DNA of 64,000 bases, from positions 18,466 through 82,465 of the forward strand of contig JAFTWE010000006.1 of assembly GCA_017465465.1 (NCBI GenBank), in the 5' to 3' direction. Made by a program: the position numbers and the translations under genes. The notes below the pieces were generated by a model that made no database searches, had not been told where the DNA came from, and saw only the letters and a program-made list of their open reading frames with translations. Position 1 is the first letter of the stretch; each line of letters begins with the position of its first letter. The stretch comes from Clostridia bacterium. Its GTDB lineage: Bacteria > Bacillota > Clostridia > Oscillospirales > Acutalibacteraceae. Positions 57,590 through 64,000 of the stretch are shown here, in pieces.

Positions 57590-57900
57590 TCTTAAAAGCG
57601 TTTGAGAAAAGAGAAGTAATGCAGATCACTCACCCACAGCGAGTACGGGACGGTGGAAGCCGTATGGCGAGCCTGCACGAATAACACTTTTTAAGCTGCA
57701 ATCCGAAAAGATATCCTTAGTAGGTGCGCCGTACCGTCACACGTCAGTTGACAGAGTCTTGCATGAGATTCGGAAAATGAGAACAAATACAGGTGGCACC
57801 GCGAGTACAGCAATCGCCCTGTAGGATGCTGAAACATCTTTAATCAGATGTTTTATATCGTTACGGGTAATGCACAAAAGCGGTGCTGCCTTTTTGCCGT
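57590..57900 (+). promoter_or_regulatory. T-box leader (candidate specifier AAC = Asn) upstream of aspS-gatC/gatA/gatB
   Basis: AGAGAAG and GGUGGAA distal motifs. The specifier-loop 3' side CGAAUAACA lies before helix CUUUU. The antiterminator is UACAGG-UGGCACC-GCGA..UCGC-CCUGUA (57788-57823). The only helix followed by a U-tract pairs 57791-57802 with 57880-57891. Confidence 0.75.
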
Positions 57901-57970
57901 TTTTAGACACCCATAACGATTGAAGCGAAACACAGAATTTTTAATTCTCAAAAGCAGGAGGAAATGCTAA

Positions 57971-60055
57971 ATGAAAAGAACAGAATATTGTGGACTTATC
58001 CGCCCGTGTCATATTGGTACAGAACAGATATGCTCGGGCTGGGTAATCACAAAACGCGATATGGGCGGTGTTATATTCTTAGACCTTCGTGACCGCGAAG
58101 GAGTTTTGCAGGTCGTTATTGATTCCGCAAAAGTAAGTGCTGAAGAATTTAACTTAACAGAAAGATTGCGAATGCAGTCAGTTATTTGTGTAAAGGGAAA
58201 GATCAGGAAAAGATCCCTTGATACGGTTAACCCCAAAATAGAAACCGGTACAGTGGAACTTGCAACGGATAAAATCGAGCTGTTATCAATGGCAGAAAGA
58301 TTGCCGTACTCTATTGACGACGGCGATAATGTGCGTGAGGACCTTCGTCTTCGCTACCGATATCTTGATATCAGACGCAGTCAAATGGTAAATAATTTAC
58401 GTATGCGTCACCTTATTCAAAAAGCAACGCAGGATTATCTTGACAGTAAGGGATTTATCTATGTTGAAACGCCTATCCTGTGCAAATCAACACCGGAGGG
58501 CGCTCGTGATTATCTTGTCCCGTCCCGTGTTCATCAAGGCAGTTTTTATGCGTTGCCGCAATCACCGCAAATATACAAACAACTTCTGATGGTTGGCGGT
58601 ATTGATAAGTATTATCAGGTGGCACGGTGTTTTCGTGATGAAGATCTGCGTGCAGACCGTCAACCCGAATTTACACAGGTTGATATGGAAATGTCTTTTG
58701 TAGAACAGGAGGATATCTGGGAACACCTCGAAAATCTCTTTAAGCATATATTCAAATGCTGCAAGGGTAAAGATATCGGATATGATTTTCCACGTATCAC
58801 GTGGACCGAAGCTATGGATAAATACGGATCTGATAAACCGGATATTCGCTTTGATTTACCGATTGTTGACCTTACAGATATTGCAAGCAGTTGTTCCTTT
58901 ACGGTTTTCAGGAAAGTGTGCGACAATGGCGGTGTTGTACGAGCAATCAACGCCAAAGGTTGTGCCGGATTTTCAAGAACGGAAATTGAAACTCTTACCA
59001 AGAATGCTATTTCATACGGAGCAAAAGGTATGGCATGGATAGCCTACCGTCCTGACGGTGAGATATATTCCATTCTTACCAAATATTTTGATGAAGAGGA
59101 AATGAAGAAAATCTTGTCACGAATGGATGCTGTCCCCGGCGATTTCGTATTCTTCTGTGCCGATAAATTGGATACCGTTCGCAAAACACTTGGTAATCTC
59201 CGCTTGGATGTTGCCGATATGCTTGGACTTCGGGACAAAAGCAAATACGCATTCCTTTTCGTTACCGATTTCCCTCAGTTTGAATATTCCGAAGAAGAAA
59301 AACGATGGATATCCACTCACCACCCTTTTACAATGCCGTATCCCGAGGACGTGCAGTATCTTCTGACCGATCCCGGCAAGGTACGGGCACAGGCATATGA
59401 TGTTGTTTTGAACGGTGTAGAGCTTGGCTCGGGCTCTATAAGAATTCATAGGCAGGATATCCAGAAGGTGATGTTTGAGGCTTTGGGCTTTAGCGACGAT
59501 GAAATAGAAGAGCGCTTCGGATTTATGGTTAATGCCTTCCGCTATGGAACTCCACCGCACGGTGGCTTTGCTTTTGGACTCGACCGATTTGTAATGCTGA
59601 TGGTAGGCGCAGATTCTATTCGCGATGTTATTGCATTTCCAAAGGTTAAGGATGCATCCTGTCCGATGACCGATGCTCCTCAACCGGTAGATGCTGAACA
59701 GCTTCATGTACTCGGTCTCGATAATCCGCTTGGGGTCGGTGTGGGCAACAAAACTACGAAAAGCACAAGAAAGTACAGCACGGATGTCGAAGCGGTTGCA
59801 AACCTTGCTCGCCTCGAATTTTCTGCTGAAGAAATGAGCGGGCTTCAGGAAGAAATGGAATGTATCATAGCATTTGCAGATAAGCTCAGTACCGCTCCTA
59901 CAACAGGAGTAGATGCGACAGCACACATTGTTCCGCTGAAAAATGTTCTACGTGACGATGTGGTAGAAGATGAGTTTACGGCAGAAGAACTTTTAGCTGC
60001 CGCTACTTCAAAGCACGGTGGATATATTGTTGTTCCTCGTGTCGTTGAGGATTGA
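57971..60055 (+). CDS. aspS: Aspartate--tRNA ligase fused in-frame to a C-terminal GatC domain
   Basis: 694 aa versus about 590 for AspRS. Class II motifs are present (FRDEDLRADRQPEFTQVD, GSGSIRIH, GFAFGLDR). After VIAFPK...LHVLGL comes a linker of about 20 aa. Then VEAVANLARLEFSAEEMSGLQEE...THIVPLKNVLRDD...GYIVVPRVVED follows, which reads as GatC. Confidence 0.85.
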   Translation: MKRTEYCGLIRPCHIGTEQICSGWVITKRDMGGVIFLDLRDREGVLQVVIDSAKVSAEEFNLTERLRMQSVICVKGKIRKRSLDTVNPKIETGTVELATDKIELLSMAERLPYSIDDGDNVREDLRLRYRYLDIRRSQMVNNLRMRHLIQKATQDYLDSKGFIYVETPILCKSTPEGARDYLVPSRVHQGSFYALPQSPQIYKQLLMVGGIDKYYQVARCFRDEDLRADRQPEFTQVDMEMSFVEQEDIWEHLENLFKHIFKCCKGKDIGYDFPRITWTEAMDKYGSDKPDIRFDLPIVDLTDIASSCSFTVFRKVCDNGGVVRAINAKGCAGFSRTEIETLTKNAISYGAKGMAWIAYRPDGEIYSILTKYFDEEEMKKILSRMDAVPGDFVFFCADKLDTVRKTLGNLRLDVADMLGLRDKSKYAFLFVTDFPQFEYSEEEKRWISTHHPFTMPYPEDVQYLLTDPGKVRAQAYDVVLNGVELGSGSIRIHRQDIQKVMFEALGFSDDEIEERFGFMVNAFRYGTPPHGGFAFGLDRFVMLMVGADSIRDVIAFPKVKDASCPMTDAPQPVDAEQLHVLGLDNPLGVGVGNKTTKSTRKYSTDVEAVANLARLEFSAEEMSGLQEEMECIIAFADKLSTAPTTGVDATAHIVPLKNVLRDDVVEDEFTAEELLAAATSKHGGYIVVPRVVED

Positions 60056-60069
60056 AAGGAGTGACCAGT

Positions 60070-61509
60070 ATGTCAGAATTAACTCAAAGAACAATTTATG
60101 AGCATGCCGAAGCTCTGCGTAAAAGGGAATATTCCTCATTAGAGCTGACTGAGGCTTATCTCAATCAGATTGATGCAAAAGACGAAACCATTGGTGCATA
60201 TATCACCGTAACCGCAGATCGGGCACGTGAAAGAGCCAGAGCTTTTGATGAAAGCGGAGGTGCTGCCGGTGATATTTCTCCCTTGTCGGGCATTCCTTGT
60301 GGGATCAAAGACAATATGTGCACAAAAGGCATTAAAACCACTTGTGCATCTAAAATGCTTGGAGACTACATACCGCCTTATAGCTCACATGTAGTTGAAA
60401 AGCTTGAACAGTCCGGCGCAATCATCTTAGGCAAACTGAATATGGATGAGTTTGCAATGGGCTCTACAACAGAAAACTCCGCATTTAAGGTTTGCCATAA
60501 CCCTAGGGATACCGATAGAGTTCCCGGCGGTTCCTCCGGTGGTTCTGCGGCAGCGGTTGCGGCAGGAGAGGCTGTATATACCCTTGGTTCTGATACGGGT
60601 GGCTCCATTCGTCAGCCTGCAGCTTTTTGCGGCGTTGTAGGAATGAAGCCTACCTACGGCAGCGTTTCCCGATATGGACTCATTGCATTTGCTTCATCTC
60701 TTGACCAAATCGGCCCAATTACAAGCACAGTTCTTGATAACGCTCTTGTTCTGAACACGATCGTCGGTCACGATAAAAGGGATGCTACTTCTGTACGGCG
60801 TACTTATGATGATTTTACGGCCGATATAAAGAAAGGCGTAAAAGGAATGAAAATTGGTATTCCTGAGCAGTTTTTCGGGGATGGTATCTCCGATGATGTA
60901 AAAAAAGCTGTTTTAGGTGCCGCCGAAGTATATCGTACAATGGGTGCTGAGCTTGTTTCGGTTTCTATGCCTTCTATTGATTATGCCTTGTCTGCTTACT
61001 ATGTCATATCTTCGGCAGAAGCTTCATCAAACCTTGCCCGCTTTGACGGTATCCGTTATGGTTATCGATGCGATGAATATGACAACATTGATGAGCTATA
61101 TAGAAAAAGCCGCAGTGAAGGCTTTGGCACGGAAGTTAAAAAGCGCATTATGCTTGGCACCTTTGCTCTTTCCTCCGGTTATTACGATGCTTATTACAAA
61201 AAGGCTTTGCAGGTAAGAAGCCTCGTGAGAAAAGATTTTGATGATGTTTTTGGAAAATGTGATTTTATCATTTCTCCCGTTGCACCTACTGTAGCGTATA
61301 AGATTGGTGAAAAGGTTGGCGATTCGCTTCAGATGTATATGGGAGATGCATACAGCGTTCCAGTAAATATCGCCGGAATTCCAGCTCTATCTTTACCGTG
61401 CGGTACGGGCGAAGGCGGTATGCCGGTCGGCATGCAGTTAATTGGTCCGGCATTCAGCGAAAGTTTGTTGTACCGTGCCGGTTATGCATTTGAAAGTATG
61501 GGAAAGTGA
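60070..61509 (+). CDS. gatA: Asp/Glu-tRNA amidotransferase subunit A
   Basis: AAAGGAG lies before ATG 60070; amidase signature GGSSGGSAAAVAAG..GSDTGGSIRQPA. Confidence 0.9.
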   Translation: MSELTQRTIYEHAEALRKREYSSLELTEAYLNQIDAKDETIGAYITVTADRARERARAFDESGGAAGDISPLSGIPCGIKDNMCTKGIKTTCASKMLGDYIPPYSSHVVEKLEQSGAIILGKLNMDEFAMGSTTENSAFKVCHNPRDTDRVPGGSSGGSAAAVAAGEAVYTLGSDTGGSIRQPAAFCGVVGMKPTYGSVSRYGLIAFASSLDQIGPITSTVLDNALVLNTIVGHDKRDATSVRRTYDDFTADIKKGVKGMKIGIPEQFFGDGISDDVKKAVLGAAEVYRTMGAELVSVSMPSIDYALSAYYVISSAEASSNLARFDGIRYGYRCDEYDNIDELYRKSRSEGFGTEVKKRIMLGTFALSSGYYDAYYKKALQVRSLVRKDFDDVFGKCDFIISPVAPTVAYKIGEKVGDSLQMYMGDAYSVPVNIAGIPALSLPCGTGEGGMPVGMQLIGPAFSESLLYRAGYAFESMGK

Positions 61510-61521
61510 GGGTGAGATGCA

Positions 61522-62943
61522 ATGAAAATGATAAAAGACTATGAAATGGTTATCGGTCTTGAGGTTCATGTAGAATTAAAAACCAAGACAAAAATATTCT
61601 GTTCCTGCTCCACAGCCTATGGTGCTGCCCCCAACACGCAAACCTGTCCTGTGTGTATGGGACTCCCGGGTGTTCTTCCAGTTCTTAACGGAAAGGTTGT
61701 TGAATATGCGGTTAAAGCAGGTCTTGCAACAAACTGTACCATTGCTCACTACTCAAAGCAGGACAGAAAAAACTACTTTTATCCCGACCTTCCTAAAGCT
61801 TATCAGATAAGCCAATATGACATTCCATTGTGCGAGAATGGATATATTACCATTGAAACAGCGGAAGGATCAAAAAGAATCGGAATCACCAGGATTCATA
61901 TTGAGGAAGATGCCGGCAAGCTTGTTCACGATGATAAGCACGGTACAATGATCGACTGCAACCGTTGCGGCGTGCCTCTTATTGAGATTGTTTCCGAGCC
62001 TGATATTCGGTCCCCGGAAGAAGCGAATGCGTATCTTGAAAAGCTCCGTGCAATCATTCTTTACACAGGGATTTCAGATTGCAAAAAGAATGAGGGCTCT
62101 TTCCGTTGTGATGTAAACCTGTCCGTTCGTAAAAAAGGTCAAAAAGAATTCGGCACCCGTACTGAAATGAAAAACATCAACTCATTCCACTATGTTGTTC
62201 AGGCTATCGAATATGAATACAGACGGCAGGTTGAGGTGATTGAGTCCGGCGTAAAAGTTGTTCAGGAAACCAGAAAATTCGACCAGGAAACAGGAAAAAC
62301 ATACACGATGCGAACCAAAGAAAATGCAAATGATTATCGCTATTTCCCTGATCCCGATTTACCGCCGATTGAACTTACTTCTGAAGATATTTTGAAACTG
62401 AAAAGCCAGATAGGAGAATTACCCGATACGAAAAAGCAGAAATTTATTAAAGACTTCGGTCTTTCGGCTTATGACAGTGATGCTCTTTTGTCTGATCCCG
62501 ATATGGCAAGATATTATGAAGAGGTTGTAAGGCATACTACCTACTACAAGATTGTAGCAAATATCTTCATAACCGACATAATGCGCATGAGCAAGGATGA
62601 ATTCATTTGTCCTATTGCACCTGAAAATATGGCCAAACTTGCTACATTGTTCGGTGAGCAGGTAATCAACTCATCTACGGTGAAAAAACTGCTGAAAAGA
62701 ATGTGGGAAACAGACTTCGATCCTACGGTTGTTGTTGAAAAAGAAGGGCTTGCCCAGATCAACGACCGTGAACTGCTGTCGGCGGTTGCTGATGAAGTTA
62801 TAAAAATGAGTGAAAAACTTATAAACGAATATCGTCGAGGCAAAGAAAAAGCTTTTGAAGCCTTGATAGGAAGTGCCATGGCACAAACAATGGGGAAAGC
62901 AAACCCTATTGTGTTAGAAGAAATACTTAAAAGTAAGATATAA
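61522..62943 (+). CDS. gatB: Asp/Glu-tRNA amidotransferase subunit B
   Basis: YEMVIGLEVHVEL, RIHIEEDAGK and the C-terminal YqeY-like domain; GAGGGTGAG RBS. Confidence 0.9.
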   Translation: MKMIKDYEMVIGLEVHVELKTKTKIFCSCSTAYGAAPNTQTCPVCMGLPGVLPVLNGKVVEYAVKAGLATNCTIAHYSKQDRKNYFYPDLPKAYQISQYDIPLCENGYITIETAEGSKRIGITRIHIEEDAGKLVHDDKHGTMIDCNRCGVPLIEIVSEPDIRSPEEANAYLEKLRAIILYTGISDCKKNEGSFRCDVNLSVRKKGQKEFGTRTEMKNINSFHYVVQAIEYEYRRQVEVIESGVKVVQETRKFDQETGKTYTMRTKENANDYRYFPDPDLPPIELTSEDILKLKSQIGELPDTKKQKFIKDFGLSAYDSDALLSDPDMARYYEEVVRHTTYYKIVANIFITDIMRMSKDEFICPIAPENMAKLATLFGEQVINSSTVKKLLKRMWETDFDPTVVVEKEGLAQINDRELLSAVADEVIKMSEKLINEYRRGKEKAFEALIGSAMAQTMGKANPIVLEEILKSKI

Positions 62944-62952
62944 TAATCTATG

Positions 62953-62988
62953 ACAGAACATCCTGAGAAGTTCTGTAGAAATTTTTTT
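62953..62988 (+). terminator. Intrinsic terminator after gatB
   Basis: ACAGAAC / GTTCTGT stem followed by AGAAATTTTTTT. Confidence 0.55.
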
Positions 62989-63008
62989 GAAATATTTTCA
63001 TTTACCCC

Positions 63009-63037
63009 TTGACAAGGTAGGCAAGTGGGAATATAAT
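63009..63037 (+). promoter_or_regulatory. Consensus sigma-A promoter of the Trp T-box transcript
   Basis: TTGACA (63009-63014) - 17 nt - TATAAT (63032-63037). Confidence 0.65.
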
Positions 63038-63044
63038 ATAGAAA

Positions 63045-63340
63045 ACTAAATAATCAAACCGTTGAAGCGGAGATAACGGCAATAATGCCTGTACAGAGAG
63101 CCTGTGGTGCTGAGAGTCAGGTAAGAAACAAGTTGTCAAATGGACCGCTGAGGGCGCAGTCAAATGGATTTTTCCAAAGTATTCTGCGACGCTGCAGGCA
63201 AGCGTATAAATGCCGGGGATATGTTGGTATCCTGCTAAGGGCACGGGTCATGCCGTGAATCAAGGTGGCACCGCGGATAGTGTTTGTATTATTCGTCCTT
63301 GACAGAGCAGTTGTTTTCTGTCAAGGGCGTTTTCTTTTTA
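63045..63340 (+). promoter_or_regulatory. T-box leader (specifier UGG = Trp) with terminator
   Basis: AGAGAG and GGUGCUGAGAG motifs. The specifier-loop 3' side GUCAAAUGGA lies before helix CCGC. T-box core AAUCAAGGUGGCACCGCGG (63258-63276). The terminator is CGUCCUUGACAG/CUGUCAAGGGCG (63294-63329) + UUUUCUUUUU. Confidence 0.8.
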
Positions 63341-63380
63341 ACTCCTTTGACAGTGAAAGTCAAAGGAGTTTTTTCTTTTA
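63341..63380 (+). terminator. Second terminator-like hairpin immediately before the trpA RBS
   Basis: Perfect 11-bp stem ACTCCTTTGAC / GTCAAAGGAGT, loop AGTGAAA, followed by TTTTTTCTTTT. Confidence 0.5.
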
Positions 63381-63389
63381 CAGGAGGTA

Positions 63390-64000
63390 ATGTTTGAAAA
63401 CAGCAAGGCATTCATTGCATTTATCACCTGCGGCGATCCCGATTTGGAAACCACCGCCGCCGCTGTCCGTGCCGCCGTGGAAAACGGTGCCGACCTAATC
63501 GAACTTGGCATTCCGTTCTCCGATCCAACCGCTGAAGGTCCCGTCATCCAAGGAGCAAACCTAAGAGCACTGAACGGCGGTATAACTACTGACAAGATAT
63601 TCGCTTTTGTAAAAGAACTCCGCAAGGATGTTAAGGTTCCGATGGTGTTTATGACCTATGCCAATGTGGTATTCTCCTACGGAGCGGAAAAATTCATTTC
63701 CACCTGCAAAGATATTGCGATAGACGGACTGATTCTCCCCGACCTGCCTTTTGAAGAAAAGGAAGAATTCTTACCGCTTTGCCACAAATACGGTGTGGAT
63801 TTGGTATCCCTCATTGCACCCACATCAGAAAACCGTATTGCTATGATTGCAAAGGAGGCAGAGGGTTTTCTTTACATCGTTTCCAGTCTGGGTGTTACGG
63901 GCACCAGAAGCGAGATCAAAACCGACTTTTTTCCATTGTCAAGGTCGTTCGTGAGAACACCAATGTGCCCTGTGCTATCGGCTTTGGCATCTCCACGCCG
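63390..64000 (+). CDS. trpA: Tryptophan synthase alpha chain, 3' end beyond window; apparent frameshift at a T6 run
   Basis: AGGAGG lies before ATG 63390. MFENSKAFIAFITCGDPDLETT...ELGIPFSDPTAEGPVIQ is TrpA. After 63927-63932 (TTTTTT) the TrpA-like sequence IVKVVRENTNVPCAIGFGISTP continues in the +1 frame. Confidence 0.75.
   Translation, partial: MFENSKAFIAFITCGDPDLETTAAAVRAAVENGADLIELGIPFSDPTAEGPVIQGANLRALNGGITTDKIFAFVKELRKDVKVPMVFMTYANVVFSYGAEKFISTCKDIAIDGLILPDLPFEEKEEFLPLCHKYGVDLVSLIAPTSENRIAMIAKEAEGFLYIVSSLGVTGTRSEIKTDFFPLSRSFVRTPMCPVLSALASPR

Noticed and set aside
57832-57853. Small AU-rich hairpin AAACAUCU/AGAUGUUU considered as the terminator of the Asn T-box
   Set aside because: It does not overlap the antiterminator, so it cannot be the alternative structure. 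It is weak and is followed by UAUAU rather than a U-run.
59117-59926. 269-aa minus-strand ORF inside aspS
   Set aside because: It is antisense to the class II AspRS catalytic core and is a shadow ORF.
60052-60069. TTG at 60052 (the ORF-track start) as the gatA start
   Set aside because: It overlaps the aspS-gatC stop and has no RBS. ATG 60070 lies 8 nt after AAAGGAG and gives the usual MSELT... GatA N-terminus.

Overview
This window looks like chromosome from a low-GC, spore-forming Firmicute of the Clostridia type. The signs are three T-box leaders, a TPP riboswitch, gpr/spoVA genes, ECF S-components, and GGAGG ribosome sites with some GTG/TTG starts. No search tools were run, so every family call rests on motifs I recognise in the translations and on structures I folded by hand. 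I can support about 62 protein-coding genes, 3 T-boxes, 1 TPP riboswitch, and a set of intrinsic terminators and near-consensus sigma-A promoters. I saw no rRNA, tRNA, CRISPR array, or intact transposase/integrase.

Positions 1-45.5 kb carry mixed housekeeping and accessory genes:
- two paralogous secreted lipase-like hydrolases bracketing an OmpR/histidine-kinase pair
- helD and an AlaA-type aminotransferase behind an Ala T-box
- GH3, thiT and a radical SAM gene
- nadD-yqeK-rsfS-leuS and rpsO-pnp
- a bioY-aldolase-PLC-like-PfkB operon and a MacAB-like exporter
- spoVAE, rpsT and gpr-spoVAC-spoVAD

spoVAD stops about 125 codons early near 45.48 kb. It is followed by a tnpV gene and a 5'-truncated second tnpV. 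From there to the window end, synonymous codon usage changes. That part holds a dense nitrogen block (ANTAR regulator, glnA, split archaeal-type glutamate synthase, gdhA, type III GS). It also holds an Asn T-box driving an aspS-gatC fusion plus gatA/gatB, and a Trp T-box in front of an apparently frameshifted trpA.

The observations most worth a second look:
1. A conserved hexaloop hairpin (loop AAAGRC) occurs four times. Each copy is mutually exclusive with a leader terminator upstream of the GOGAT-glnA-ANTAR operon, gdhA (twice) or glnN. This suggests a single-hairpin variant of ANTAR antitermination.
2. The composite junction at the truncated spoVAD could be a mobile-element insertion, an acquired island, or an assembly chimera.
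3. The AspRS-GatC fusion sits under an Asn-specific T-box.
4. The cytoplasmic PLC-like / kinase / aldolase operon is headed by a BioY-type transporter.
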